NCBI GenBank assembly: GCA_049968255.1
Contig: JBMFRB010000008.1
Location: 1 to 64,000 of the forward strand
Origin: Candidatus Sumerlaeaceae bacterium
GTDB lineage: Bacteria > Sumerlaeota > Sumerlaeia > Sumerlaeales > Sumerlaeaceae
Direction: 5' to 3'
DNA: 64,000 bases
Below, piece after piece: positions 1 to 12,620 of the stretch. Every line of letters begins with the position of its first letter. The stretch's first letter is position 1. The position numbers and the translations under genes are program-made. The notes under the pieces were generated by a model. That model was not told the DNA's origin and did no database searches. It saw nothing but the letters and a program-made list of their open reading frames with translations.

Positions 1-50
1 CCCGTACCAATATTCCCGAACCCGATTAGACCGATGTTGACTTGTTTCAT
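1..50 (-). CDS. hom: 5' end of probable homoserine dehydrogenase (runs off the window)
   Basis: Reverse strand from ATG at 50 reads MKQVNIGLIGFGNIGT, the Rossmann GxGxxG start typical of Hom; only 16 codons visible. Confidence 0.55.
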   Translation of the reverse strand, partial: MKQVNIGLIGFGNIGT

Positions 51-118
51 TGTTATCATCCCTTTCCGCTCTCTTGGCCCGTCACAAGGCGGTCGCGCCT
101 CCTACGCTCATGCTCGCC

Positions 119-1867
119 TCAAACTTCGTTCGCCAACTTTTTCTCAATCTTGGCCCACTGATCCTTGAGCGTCACGGCCCGGTTGAACACGAGTGCCCCA
201 GGCCGACTATCCACCGAATCCACGCAGAAATATCCCACGCGTTCGAATTGAAATGTCGTGCCAGGACGTGCCTCGGCAAGCATCGGCTCCAGTTTGCAAT
301 CGCGCACAATCACAAGCGAGTTGGGGTTGAGATTGGCAAGGAATGTCTCACCTTCCGGCACGTCGTCGGGATCGGGCTTCGTGAAAAGATGCTCATAGAG
401 CCGCACTTCCGCATTTGCCGCGTGCGAGGCACTCACCCAATGGATCGTCGCTTTCACCCTTCGTCCATCTGGTGCATTCCCGCCACGCGTCGCCGGATCA
501 TAGGTGCAACGGAGCTCCACCACATTGCCCGATGCATCCTTCACCACATCGTCGCATCGGATGAAATAGGCATACCGCAACCGCACCTCGCGTCCCGGCG
601 CTAACCGATAGTACTTCGGCGGCGGATCCTCTCGGAAGTCGTCCCGCTCGATATAAATCACGCGCGAAAACGGCACAAGTCGTGTGCCAGCCCCAGGATC
701 CTCGGGGTTATTGATAGCTTCGAGCCATTCGACCTGCCCCTCGGGATAATTTGTGATCACGACACGCAAGGGACGCAGCACGGCCATGGCGCGCGGTGCT
801 CGCTTGTTGAGGTCCTCCCGCAGACAATGTTCGAGTAATTGGTAATCCACCACGCTGTCGGTTTTGGCCACGCCGATACGCGCGCAGAAGTCACGAATTG
901 CCTCGGGCGTGTAACCGCGGCGCCGCAGACCGCGCAGCGTCGGCATACGCGGGTCATCCCAACCGCTCACATGCCCACCACGCACCAATTCGTGCAGTTT
1001 GCGCTTGCTCATCACTGTGTAAGTGAGGTTCAGACGCGCAAACTCTATCTGCTGCGAATGGTGGATGCCCAGCTCGTCCAGGACCCAGTCGTAAAGCGGA
1101 CGGTGATCCTCAAACTCGAGCGTGCAGATCGAGTGGGTAATCCCCTCCAGCGAATCGCTGATAGGGTGCGCATAATCATACATCGGGTAAATGCACCATT
1201 TCGAGCCTGTTCTGTGGTGCGGCGGTGCCTTGATGATGCGATAGAGCACAGGATCGCGCAGGTTCAGGTTCGGCGAGGCCATGTCAATTTTTGCGCGGAG
1301 CGTGCGCGAACCCTCCTCGAATTCACCGGCGTGCATACGTTCGAAGAGTTCTAAGTTTTCCTCCACACTGCGATTGCGGTAGGGGCTCTCCACCCCAGGC
1401 TCTGTGAGCGTACCACGCGTGCGGCGCACCTCCTCCGGGCTTAGGTCGCAGACGTAGGCCTTTGCCTTGCGGATGAGCTCCACTGCAAACTCGTACATTT
1501 TCTCAAAATAATCCGATGCGTAATAAAGGTGCTCGCCCCAATCCCAGCCCAGCCAGCGCACATCTTCCTTGATCGCCTCGACGTATTCCTCGTCCTCCTT
1601 CGCCGGATTTGTGTCGTCGAAGCGCAAATGGCAGCGCCCACCAAACTCCGCGGCGATACCAAAATTCAGGCAGATGCTTTTGGCATGGCCTATATGGAGA
1701 TAGCCGTTGGGTTCGGGTGGGAATCGCGTGATGACTTTGCCCCCCCATTTGCCCGAGGCAATGTCGTCGAGAATAATTTTGCGGATAAAATCTACTGCAC
1801 GCCCCCCGCCGGAACCACACGGGTTGCAGGGCTCTTCGGCCTTATTGTTCATTTCGGAATTTGCCAT
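119..1867 (-). CDS. glnS: glutaminyl-tRNA synthetase
   Basis: [17 protein letters not shown] (HIGH motif), [17 protein letters not shown]-terminal FQFERVGYF; no YqeY tail. Confidence 0.97.
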   Translation of the reverse strand: MANSEMNNKAEEPCNPCGSGGGRAVDFIRKIILDDIASGKWGGKVITRFPPEPNGYLHIGHAKSICLNFGIAAEFGGRCHLRFDDTNPAKEDEEYVEAIKEDVRWLGWDWGEHLYYASDYFEKMYEFAVELIRKAKAYVCDLSPEEVRRTRGTLTEPGVESPYRNRSVEENLELFERMHAGEFEEGSRTLRAKIDMASPNLNLRDPVLYRIIKAPPHHRTGSKWCIYPMYDYAHPISDSLEGITHSICTLEFEDHRPLYDWVLDELGIHHSQQIEFARLNLTYTVMSKRKLHELVRGGHVSGWDDPRMPTLRGLRRRGYTPEAIRDFCARIGVAKTDSVVDYQLLEHCLREDLNKRAPRAMAVLRPLRVVITNYPEGQVEWLEAINNPEDPGAGTRLVPFSRVIYIERDDFREDPPPKYYRLAPGREVRLRYAYFIRCDDVVKDASGNVVELRCTYDPATRGGNAPDGRRVKATIHWVSASHAANAEVRLYEHLFTKPDPDDVPEGETFLANLNPNSLVIVRDCKLEPMLAEARPGTTFQFERVGYFCVDSVDSRPGALVFNRAVTLKDQWAKIEKKLANEV

Positions 1868-2131
1868 AGCCTCAAAAATGTCGCCGCCACGGTTTTCGAT
1901 CCAAGATGGCGATTCATGCCCGCATGCTCCCCAGGTGCAAGCGTTTCTTGCAAATCACCTCGTGCGAAAAGACAGACGTGTCAGCCAGCGCCCTCGCGCC
2001 AGGGCAGGGGTACACCCCACTGGCACGTCGCTTGCGCCAACGTCTCTTGCCACGTTTGTCTGGGGACGTGGCTATGCCTGCAAGACAACCGCACAGCACG
2101 TTCTTAGCCGATGAGAGAACCGCTGGGACGC

Positions 2132-3874
<1,743 letters not shown>

Positions 3875-4255
3875 CTAGGCCTTCTCCAGCACAACCACGG
3901 CCACCGCGTGGCCCCGCGAATGGGACAACGTAACATGCATCGCCCCCACACCATATTCACGCGCAAGCTCAAGCGCGCGGCCACTCACCACAAGCTGCGG
4001 CATCCCACTCGGCAAGTTCTCGATGCCGACATCCTGCCACGTGACACCCTTCGCCCAGCCCGTGCCCAACGCCTTCAGAAACGCCTCTTTCGCCGCAAAC
4101 CGCGCAGCATAGTGCTGCGCGGGAATCGGCATGCGCCGGCAGTAGTCTCGCTCCACCGGCGTGAACACTTTGTTTTCGAATCGCTCACCGTGCTTGGCCA
4201 GGTTCTCCTGGATCCGCTCGATTTCGATCAAATCCACACCTATACCGAAAACCAT
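3875..4255 (-). CDS. acpS: holo-[acyl-carrier-protein] synthase
   Basis: GIGVDL, ARFAAKEAFLKALGTG, TLSHS motifs; 126 aa. Confidence 0.95.
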   Translation of the reverse strand: MVFGIGVDLIEIERIQENLAKHGERFENKVFTPVERDYCRRMPIPAQHYAARFAAKEAFLKALGTGWAKGVTWQDVGIENLPSGMPQLVVSGRALELAREYGVGAMHVTLSHSRGHAVAVVVLEKA

Positions 4256-4501
4256 CGCGCTCCGTGCCCACTAAGATTCGAAACAACAACGTCCCTTCTA
4301 CAGGCTGCCAAGGCTGGAATTCCCAACGTCAGCCTTGCGCGGGAGCGGTTGGCTGCCCAACTGCAGCGACTCGCTTGGCGTGGCGGGTGCCATCTCATGC
4401 TTTTCCCTTTAGGGCCAACGTCCACGCCCTACCGAAATTCTTCCTCGAATCCCAACGAACTTGCCGAACGTTTTCTCGCGCCCGCAGTAGGGCTTGGCAA
4501 G

Positions 4502-5380
4502 ATGGAGCGAGTCATTCGGCGGCTTCTGCGCCGCCATGGGATCGAGCTAAGCAAACGCCTGGGCCAACACCTCCTCGTGGACCACGCCATGCTCGAGCGC
4601 ATCGCCGCCGCATCGGGAGTGGGACCGGGTTGGCACGTGATCGAAATTGGAGCCGGCGCTGGCAATCTCACTGTGCACCTGGCTCGAACCGGCGCCCGCA
4701 TCACCGCCATCGAGCTGGACGAGCGCTTTCGTCCCCTCCATGAGGAAGTTTTTTGCAACCACGAGCTTGCCGACATTGCTCCGACGGTGGACTTCTGGTA
4801 CGGCGATGCCCTCGCCTTCGATTATCGCTCCGTCGCCGATCTGGCCCATGCGCAGGGAATGCATTTCGCCGTCGTTGGCAACATTCCTTACCAGATCACC
4901 TCGCCCCTCGTGGCCAAGCTTGTGCTCGAGGAAATCCCGTTCGATGCAATGACGTTGCTCATGCAGCGCGAAGTGGCGGAGCGCCTGGCCACACGCCATG
5001 GCGGCCGCCAGTCGGGTTCCATCTCGCTCAAGGTGAACTTTTATTGCTATGTCGAGCTGCTTTTTGTCGTACCGCGCCGCCTGTTTCTGCCGCCACCCCA
5101 AGTCGAGTCGCAACTTGTCCGGTTTTCTCGCCATGAACCGCTTCTTCCCCCGCCGCTGCGCCCGCGTTTCTTCTCGCTGCTCGAGGCGGCCTACGCCCAG
5201 CGGCGCAAAATCCTCGGCAACACTGTCGCCGCAGCCGGCATCGGCTACTCCAAGCAGCGCGTGGAAAAAGCCTTGCAAGCGTTAGGCCTTCCGGCCTCGA
5301 CTCGCGCCGAACAACTTGGCCTCAATGAATTTCTTGCACTCTTCGAGAAATTGAATCCTGCGACATCCGAATATGAATAA
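4502..5380 (+). CDS. rsmA: 16S rRNA (adenine1518/1519-N6)-dimethyltransferase
   Basis: KRLGQHLL, EIGAGAG, IELD, GNIPYQIT, QREVAERL, TRAEQL; real start taken as ATG 4502 inside the 778-aa ORF. Confidence 0.93.
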   Translation: MERVIRRLLRRHGIELSKRLGQHLLVDHAMLERIAAASGVGPGWHVIEIGAGAGNLTVHLARTGARITAIELDERFRPLHEEVFCNHELADIAPTVDFWYGDALAFDYRSVADLAHAQGMHFAVVGNIPYQITSPLVAKLVLEEIPFDAMTLLMQREVAERLATRHGGRQSGSISLKVNFYCYVELLFVVPRRLFLPPPQVESQLVRFSRHEPLLPPPLRPRFFSLLEAAYAQRRKILGNTVAAAGIGYSKQRVEKALQALGLPASTRAEQLGLNEFLALFEKLNPATSEYE

Positions 5381-6947
5381 AACCATGATGAAAAAGCACC
5401 GACTCCGCTTTGCCCCCTCGCCCACAGGATTACTTCACGTGGGCAGTGCCCGCGCTGCCCTTTTCAACTGGCTCTACGCCCGACACACCCACGGAACCTT
5501 CCTCATACGCATTGAAGACACGGACCTCGAGCGCTCGACCGAGGAGGCCACCCAGCAGATTCTCGAATCGCTTGAATGGCTCGGTCTTACTCCCGATGAA
5601 CCGGTCGAATACCAAGCCAAGCGCGCTCACATCCACCGCGCCTACCTTGAACGCCTGCTCGAAACTGGGCACGCCTATCGCTGTTACTGCCCGAAGGAGA
5701 AGCTCGACGAGCTACGCGAACAGGCGCGCGCAGAGGGGCGCATCTTCGCCTATCGCCGCGAGATGTTTCCCGAGGAGGAGGCGCAAAAACTCGAGGCAGC
5801 AGGAGCACCCTTCGTCATCCGCTTCCGTGCACCTGTCGGGGGAACAACTGCTTTCGACGACATTGTGTATGGGCACATAGAAGTCGAAAATGACACGATC
5901 GGTGACTTCGTCATTGCACGCCCCGATGGCACCCCCCTCTACAATTTTACCAACGTCGTGGACGACATCGACATGGGCATCACGCTCGTGTGCCGCGGCG
6001 AAGACCACGTGCCTAACACGCCAAAACAGATCATGATCTATCGCGCACTTGGGGTCGAGCCCCCCCAATTCGCCCACCTCCCTCTTATCCTTGGCCCCGA
6101 CAAACAGAAACTTTCGAAACGCCACGGCGCCACTGGCGTCACCGAATTCCGCGCCATGGGTATTCTGTCTGAGGCCCTCGTCAACTACCTTGCCCTTTTG
6201 GGATGGGCGCCACCTGAGGCCGAGTTCGACGAGGTGATGCCCCTCGACGAACTCATTGCGCGCTTCAGCCTCGACCGCGTCAGCAAAAGTCCCGCCGTTT
6301 TTGATCACGAAAAACTGCTGTGGATGAACGGTGTGTACATTCGCCAAACGCCTCGGCCCCGAATCGAGAGCCTTGTGCGCCAGCGGCTTGCCGAGCGTTG
6401 GCCAGTCCTCGAAAGGCCTGACTTCGTGCCGCCCAACCCCGCGCTCACACGCGAGGATTGGTTGAGCGGCATAATCTCCTTGGCTATTGAGCGCTGCCGC
6501 ACTCTTGCTGAATTCCCTGACCTCCTCGCATTCTTCTTCGAAGCGCCGACGGACTACGACGAAAAAGCTGCCAAAAAATTCCTCTCATCCGAGAAGCAAA
6601 TCGAGCAGCTCGAGCACGTGGCAAACCTGTTGGCCGAAGCCTGGCCTCGCGCCCTCGAGATTGCGGATCCTACCACCCAACGTACACCCGAAGCACTGGA
6701 GCGTTGGTGCCAAGCTATGGAAATGCCTTTGCGGGAATGGGCTGAAGCCGAAGGACTGAAGTTTGGCAACGTTGCCCAGCCGATCCGCCTTGCTGTCACG
6801 GGCCGAACTGCATCACCGCCGCTCTTCCCCGTGTTGTGGCTCCTTGGTCGCGACGAATCATTGCGCCGTATTGCTGAACTCGCCACATGGGGACGCAAAC
6901 GCCTGGCACAAAATGTCCCGCACTCCTCAGCACCGGGCTCAACATGA
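5373..6947 (+). CDS. gltX: glutamyl-tRNA synthetase
   Basis: RFAPSPTGLLHVG, RIEDTD, RGEDH, KLSKR; overlaps the rsmA stop. Confidence 0.96.
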   Translation: MNKTMMKKHRLRFAPSPTGLLHVGSARAALFNWLYARHTHGTFLIRIEDTDLERSTEEATQQILESLEWLGLTPDEPVEYQAKRAHIHRAYLERLLETGHAYRCYCPKEKLDELREQARAEGRIFAYRREMFPEEEAQKLEAAGAPFVIRFRAPVGGTTAFDDIVYGHIEVENDTIGDFVIARPDGTPLYNFTNVVDDIDMGITLVCRGEDHVPNTPKQIMIYRALGVEPPQFAHLPLILGPDKQKLSKRHGATGVTEFRAMGILSEALVNYLALLGWAPPEAEFDEVMPLDELIARFSLDRVSKSPAVFDHEKLLWMNGVYIRQTPRPRIESLVRQRLAERWPVLERPDFVPPNPALTREDWLSGIISLAIERCRTLAEFPDLLAFFFEAPTDYDEKAAKKFLSSEKQIEQLEHVANLLAEAWPRALEIADPTTQRTPEALERWCQAMEMPLREWAEAEGLKFGNVAQPIRLAVTGRTASPPLFPVLWLLGRDESLRRIAELATWGRKRLAQNVPHSSAPGST

Positions 6948-6994
6948 ATTTTTCCGCTGTCGCTTTGAATAATTGTACGATCTGAGCTAAACGT

Positions 6995-7070
6995 GGGGCG
7001 GTAGTTCAGTTGGGAGAACGCCGGTTTTGCAAGCCGGAGGTCACGGGTTCGAATCCCGTCCGCTCCACCA
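6995..7070 (+). tRNA. tRNA-Ala (anticodon TGC)
   Basis: 76 nt; acceptor GGGGCGG/CCGCTCC with G3:U70 Ala identity pair, anticodon arm CCGGT-TTTGCAA-GCCGG, T-loop TTCGAAT, encoded CCA. Confidence 0.97.
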
Positions 7071-7246
7071 TCATCGCTTCAATTTACCCCGCACTCTGTT
7101 GAAGAACTCCTCTCCCACATTGCCGATGCATGGACCGGCTGGGCAAACTACTTTGTCTGTGGGCCGCAGGACCACTTGAGCACAAGTGTTCCTGCTCACC
7201 CAAACTCAAGCTCGAGTGAGCTCGGGCAACGGCACCATCCCAATCA

Positions 7247-7687
7247 TCACACCCTACGGACGAGCACAGTCTGCGCGAGAGCTTTATCAAAAGCGAACTC
7301 GCTATAGCCTACCCGCACCACTACCGCTGGCGACTGCTTTAGCACAGTCAGAGTGGTACCCGGCAGCACCCCCAACGAAAGAAATTTGCGAACGTGAGTA
7401 GGATCAAGGAACCGCTCGACTAACGCCTGGCGTCCGGGAGGGATTTCCGCCAGTGTGAAGCCAGGCCGTTGACACAGTCCATCGTGCGGCGGGGCAACAG
7501 ACTCAGCAGGGAGTTTTTTGCCGAAAAGCCATTGCTTTAGCCGTGCCAACGGATGGGGCTCACGTGGCATTTCCATGCCGCAGTTCGGGCACTTGACCAT
7601 CGCGCATTTCGATCGCGAGCAGCAAAGCGAGCATGCCACTTGGCTCTCGTGCTCTTCAAACTCCGTGCCGCATTCCCGACAAATCAT
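7247..7687 (-). CDS. feoA: FeoA-family protein with N-terminal Cys-rich domain
   Basis: C-terminal TLAEIPPG...FLSLGVLPGTTLTV...A FeoA SH3-like signature; ATG at 7687 lies 1 nt after the feoB stop. Confidence 0.8.
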   Translation of the reverse strand: MICRECGTEFEEHESQVACSLCCSRSKCAMVKCPNCGMEMPREPHPLARLKQWLFGKKLPAESVAPPHDGLCQRPGFTLAEIPPGRQALVERFLDPTHVRKFLSLGVLPGTTLTVLKQSPAVVVRVGYSEFAFDKALAQTVLVRRV

Positions 7688-7688
7688 C

Positions 7689-9599
7689 TCACAGCCACCC
7701 CGTTGCCTGAAGAATGAGATTTGCCCCAATACCCACTGACGTCGCCGTCAGGAGAATCGCCGCGCTTGTGCCCAAGGCAAAGCGCCATCCCCGTTCCTTC
7801 TGCATAACCGAGAACATTGCTACGCACGGCAGGAAAAGCGAGATCACCAGAGCCGAAATGAAAATCTGCCGCTCGTTGAGGCGCCCATGATTGAGCAGAT
7901 CGAAAAGCCCAGCTGCGCCATAATCCCGTCGGAAAAATCCAAACAACAGCGAATGCGCTGCTTCCCGAGGTAGCCCCATTGCAGCCACCACCGGCTGGAT
8001 CATCCCAATGATCACGTCAAACACGCCGGTCACTGTCCCCACCCAAATCACAGCACTCGCCGCCAGGAAGAGTGGGAATATTTCGACAAAGTACCAGTAC
8101 ATCCGAGAGTAAGTCTTTTTGAGCACGTTCGACAGGCGCGGCATCCTCAGCGGCGGGATTTCCAGATAAAACGCAGGCGGGCGCCCGGGGACCTTGCGTG
8201 CCGCAATCATGCCCAGCAAAAGAAACATCACCGTCATCAAGACAATCCACAGCACGAAGATCTTCGGCCGCTGCGCCACCATGGCCAGCACCACCCCTAA
8301 CTGCGCTGAACACGGGATAGCAACCCCTAGAAGAAGAGTTGCAATAACGCGTTCGCGCTTCGTTTCCAGAATGCGCGTGACGACGGTGGCCATCGTGCCG
8401 CAGCCAAAGCCCAGCACAATCGGAATCACCGCCCGACCATTGAGCCCCAGTTTTTTGAACACACGATCGAGCAAAAGAGCCAACCGCGGCAAGTAACCAC
8501 TGTCTTCCAGCACCGAGAACATCAAAAAGAACGTCCCAACAATGGGCAAGATCAACGCCACGGCATAGCGCAGCCCCAGAGTCAACATGCCGTATTCGTG
8601 CACGAAAAGGTCTTGCAACACGGGCCAAGGAATCAGCCGCTCGACCCACCGCGTGAGCAACGGGGTAACGTACGCCTCGTAAACACTATTTTCCAAAAAA
8701 TCCACCAAGGTGCCAGCGCCAAACTTGCCAACGAATTGATAGACACCGAAATAGAGCACAGCGAGCGCGAGCGGCACCGCCGTCCAAACGTTCATCGTCA
8801 GGCGATTGACAAGCCCTCCAAGCGTGGACACCGTGGGGGCGGGAAAACTCGCAACTTCGGCCAGGACATCGTCGGCATAGCGCTGGCGAGCCAGCCGCAA
8901 TGCCAGCTCAAAGTCCGTGCGCTCGAGCAACGGCAAACTGTCCAGCAGCTCGGGAGTCACCAACCGCGCCGGATTGACCGGGGTCCCCGGAGCGGCCACT
9001 CGCCGCAACACATCGCGCACCTCCCGAGGATACTCAATCGGCGGCACAGGCGGTTGCGGCCCCACTCCATCGCGAATGATCGCGCAAAGCACGTCCAGCC
9101 CTTCGCCCGTCGTGGCAACTGTGGGAACAACCGGCACACCGAGCCGCTCGCCCAGTTCCTCATGATCGATGATCACCCCAAGGCGGCGCGCCTCGTCCAT
9201 CAGATTCAGCACCAACACAAGGCGCCGCCCCAGCTCGAGAAGCTCGAGCACAAACGGCAACATGCGCCTGAGATTCTTTGCGTCCACAATGTGCAAAATA
9301 AGCGCATCGGGCTGACTGAGGATCATCTCACGCGACACACGCTCCTCGTCCGTAATAGGCAAAAGTGAGTAAGCGCCCGGTGTGTCGCGAATTTCAAAGC
9401 CAGGCAGAAGCGAACTTTGGCCAACGCTCACCTCTACCGTTGTGCCTGGGTAATTGGAAACGCTCACACTCTTGCCCGTGAGCTTATTGAAAATGAGGCT
9501 CTTGCCAACATTCGGCGGGCCCACAATGAGGATTTTCCGCAACTCGGAAGCGGTCCGAAGCCGCGATTCACCCCCATATTCGGGAGATTCCGTTGCCAT
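7689..9599 (-). CDS. feoB: ferrous iron transporter B
   Basis: G1 GPPNVGKS, NYPGTT, DTPG, NLMD; membrane part LEDSGYLPR, GFGCG, IPCSAQ, LPCVA. Confidence 0.95.
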   Translation of the reverse strand: MATESPEYGGESRLRTASELRKILIVGPPNVGKSLIFNKLTGKSVSVSNYPGTTVEVSVGQSSLLPGFEIRDTPGAYSLLPITDEERVSREMILSQPDALILHIVDAKNLRRMLPFVLELLELGRRLVLVLNLMDEARRLGVIIDHEELGERLGVPVVPTVATTGEGLDVLCAIIRDGVGPQPPVPPIEYPREVRDVLRRVAAPGTPVNPARLVTPELLDSLPLLERTDFELALRLARQRYADDVLAEVASFPAPTVSTLGGLVNRLTMNVWTAVPLALAVLYFGVYQFVGKFGAGTLVDFLENSVYEAYVTPLLTRWVERLIPWPVLQDLFVHEYGMLTLGLRYAVALILPIVGTFFLMFSVLEDSGYLPRLALLLDRVFKKLGLNGRAVIPIVLGFGCGTMATVVTRILETKRERVIATLLLGVAIPCSAQLGVVLAMVAQRPKIFVLWIVLMTVMFLLLGMIAARKVPGRPPAFYLEIPPLRMPRLSNVLKKTYSRMYWYFVEIFPLFLAASAVIWVGTVTGVFDVIIGMIQPVVAAMGLPREAAHSLLFGFFRRDYGAAGLFDLLNHGRLNERQIFISALVISLFLPCVAMFSVMQKERGWRFALGTSAAILLTATSVGIGANLILQATGWL

Positions 9600-9930
9600 T
9601 GGTGGTGCTCTTAACCTCGCTGAAATAAACCTATAATTGGTACTATTTCTTTCCGCTCTTTATTCGGTTCTCCGCTTTTTGCGCCTCGCTGTGCAGACAG
9701 TACACTAATTCAGGCTATACGCGAATCGAGAAACTTTCCTTCTTTGCCTGAGGCAGAAATGATATCGGGGGTTAAAAAAACTGACGCGCCCGGGATGTTT
9801 CGCAGCAATCCCTTGTCGGCGCGCCCCACTTTTGTACTCAAGACCTAGAGGCCGAGTCTACAAACATGACTTCCTGGGCCTCGTAATCCATAAGATGCAA
9901 TAGAAAAGTTATGTTCCACGCCCCAGCCGC

Positions 9931-11163
9931 CTAAGGCCTCGCCGGTGGCTGTTCCAGAAGCGGCTTGAGCAAGCCTAGCCCCTCGTCGCTGTCGAGAATC
10001 CACGAATAGCAGAACACACTAAAGCCGGGCAGCTCGAGGTCGGCCACCATGCGCGCCTGCTCTGCGATCGGCGGATGTGCCACGCCGCCGTAAACGTCGT
10101 ACGTTCGCTTCTGGAGCGCCAGCGCCGGCAACACCTTGACGTCGCTCATCGGCGGCAGAGCATTGAGCACTGTTTGCACCTCCTCGCGCACGCCCGCAAG
10201 CGAGGAAGCATAGGCCATCGGAACAATTTCATCCAGATAGCCTCGCTGCACCATCTCTCGCCAGTTTTGGAATTTTGTGGATTGGTAACGCGCACTTTCC
10301 GGCGATGGGAAAATTGCCACACTCAGGGCCACGTTTGGCTTCGCTTTCTTCACCCGCTCGCGAGCCATCCGCACCATTTCCAAAACCTGCTCCTCACGGA
10401 ACCACACCCATCGGCGCCACGCCGCACTCGTTGTCAGGCGCTCGATCGCTACGGGATCGACTCCGAACTTTTTCTTGTACAGCGCCCGCGTGTAGTCGTC
10501 GTAGCCAGCGTCCATCTCACCGTCCGGGTAACGAATATAATCGAGGTTCACACCGGCCACGTCGTAACGGTGCACGATTTCTTCGATCATATTGGCCACA
10601 AGCCTTCTCACCTCTGGGTGAGCCGGATTGGCAAAGTTGTGCGCGCTTTCCGCTTTACTCGTAGGGCTCCCGTCGCGCAACAATAGACGCCACTCCGGGT
10701 GCTTGTCCAAAAGCGGCGTACGCGGAAATTGCGGATAAGCAATCGTGTCAACTTCCCAGTAAAACGTCTCGATCCATGCATGAACTCGCAACCCGCGCTT
10801 GCGCGCCTCGCGCACATAAAGCTCAAGGTAATCTTTGCCCTTCATCTCCGGCCGCTGCGGAACATAACGGCTCGGATAAATCACAAAACCATGATAAAAG
10901 GTCTCGACGTAGACATCAGTGAAACCAGCTTCGGCAAGGTCATCGAGCTGCGCCACAACCGACGTCTCCGACGCCTCGGGCCGCAACCACACACCCAAGT
11001 GCGAAAATGCTTTTTTGCCGGACGCTATTTGCGCCGACCAAGGCCCCACGAGCAACAATGTGAGCGCAACGACAAGACCACCCAGCTTCCGCGCCAAACC
11101 TGATTTGCATGCTTCTGGACGGCCTAGCGACTCCAAACTCCGCATGATGCTTCTCCTTCCCAT
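9931..11163 (-). CDS. secreted glycosyl hydrolase-like 10 (YddW/DUF187 family) protein
   Basis: GVWLRP, RVHAWI, NPAHPEVR, YDVAGVNLDYIRYP, QNW..VPMAY; hydrophobic signal-like N-terminus; start uncertain. Confidence 0.85.
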   Translation of the reverse strand: MGRRSIMRSLESLGRPEACKSGLARKLGGLVVALTLLLVGPWSAQIASGKKAFSHLGVWLRPEASETSVVAQLDDLAEAGFTDVYVETFYHGFVIYPSRYVPQRPEMKGKDYLELYVREARKRGLRVHAWIETFYWEVDTIAYPQFPRTPLLDKHPEWRLLLRDGSPTSKAESAHNFANPAHPEVRRLVANMIEEIVHRYDVAGVNLDYIRYPDGEMDAGYDDYTRALYKKKFGVDPVAIERLTTSAAWRRWVWFREEQVLEMVRMARERVKKAKPNVALSVAIFPSPESARYQSTKFQNWREMVQRGYLDEIVPMAYASSLAGVREEVQTVLNALPPMSDVKVLPALALQKRTYDVYGGVAHPPIAEQARMVADLELPGFSVFCYSWILDSDEGLGLLKPLLEQPPARP

Positions 11164-11762
11164 AAGGTTTGTGACAATAAGTTGTCTTACTGAAAATCTC
11201 TCGCTTCCTCCTTTCTAGCGCGGAGCAGGTTTCTCGCACAGCTGAGCCACTGTTTCGCGCACTGTCGCGATGCACCAAATTCACAAAATCATTCGCAAGC
11301 ATCGGCTTGCGAGGTGAACCTCCGATCACACGACGGGAGAAGGGAGTCCGGAGGGGGCTCAAGCAGCGGCGAAGGTGAAATCTTGAACGTCGGCCCAATC
11401 ACCTGCCAGCAAAACGACATGATCTTCGCCTCCACTTCCACGCTGAGCCGCCGTGCCTGGCGCATTCCCCTCCCAAGCGCATCGCGTCCGCGCCCCTTCA
11501 GCCCTTGCGGCACAAGGCGGCTTCGATTCATCCCACGGCCTCGAGAAAAAACAGGCCGAAAAATCGCACTAACTCCCACCGCTGGAGTATTGCCAAGCTG
11601 ACACGCGACAGCACCGGGCAATGCGGGCGGCGTGAGCCACACGCTCATGTCAGCCTCTTGGTGCGACCGCACAATTCTCGCCCGCGCGGCGCTCATGGCC
11701 ACGTCCATCGGCGAGAAGACAAGCGTAAGAACACGTTTGCTCCACATCGGCAACACCTGCCC

Positions 11763-12620
11763 CTAGATCAGTTCCGCCGGCGCGACCCATGCCCCATCCT
11801 TGGCGCACGACACACGCGCCCCTTCGAGCACGGCCACGGTGTCGAGCATCTCGCCGGCGCTCGTGGGCGACGCGCCCGTGCGGAAAAACTCCACGACCGC
11901 CGCAATCAGGCGCGCATAGAACGCTTCGTAATCTTGCACCGTGGCCACGGCGTAATGCTCGCCCACGCGCACACCAAGCTGCCACGGCATGGTCTCAGAC
12001 TGATTAGCTGCTTGGCGCACCTCCACACTGGCTCTCATCGTGCCAAAATCAAGCATCACAAGGTGGTCGCCAGGTAGCCCGACGTCGCACACCCGCTTCA
12101 AGCGCGCCTCGCCCACCGCGCGTAGCGCCATGGCCACAGTATGCACCCCGTAGCCGTCCCAATGCCCCATGCCGCGGGCGAACATGCCGCTCCATGGCCC
12201 GGAAAGCTCGGCCAGAAGATTCTCAACCTCGATGGCAAATCGCAGCGCCGAACTCGCCATGAGAGGCGCTCCTGCTTGTGCCGCAGCCTCCACGATTTGT
12301 TGAGCTTCAGCCAGCGTGGGGGCAAGAAATTTGTCCACAAACACCGGCTTTCCGCTCGCCAACGCGGGGCGCGCCAGCTCGAGATGTGCGGCGCAATTGT
12401 CCGGCGCAAGCACCATCACGGCATCGCTCTCGGCCACAACTTCCTCGGCCGAGTTGGCTCGCTGCACACCCTGCTTCGCACACCAATCCTCCTCGCCAAA
12501 CGGTTTCACTTCGTACGCTGCCACAACTTCCACCGCACCGTAACACCCAGAACGCAACAAACGCACAAACGTATCAGCATGGAAGTTGGCTAGATGATGA
12601 TCAATAAACCCGATTCGCAT
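11763..12620 (-). CDS. Gfo/Idh/MocA-family oxidoreductase
   Basis: DAVMVL, GKPVFVDK, SSALRFA, YGVH motifs; GGAGG upstream of start. Confidence 0.8.
   Translation of the reverse strand: MRIGFIDHHLANFHADTFVRLLRSGCYGAVEVVAAYEVKPFGEEDWCAKQGVQRANSAEEVVAESDAVMVLAPDNCAAHLELARPALASGKPVFVDKFLAPTLAEAQQIVEAAAQAGAPLMASSALRFAIEVENLLAELSGPWSGMFARGMGHWDGYGVHTVAMALRAVGEARLKRVCDVGLPGDHLVMLDFGTMRASVEVRQAANQSETMPWQLGVRVGEHYAVATVQDYEAFYARLIAAVVEFFRTGASPTSAGEMLDTVAVLEGARVSCAKDGAWVAPAELI

Noticed and set aside
11289-11756. ORFs of 95-190 aa in the gap between the hydrolase and oxidoreductase genes
   Set aside because: Arg/Pro/Ser-rich, no motifs, no clear ribosome-binding site; typical of chance ORFs in GC-rich DNA
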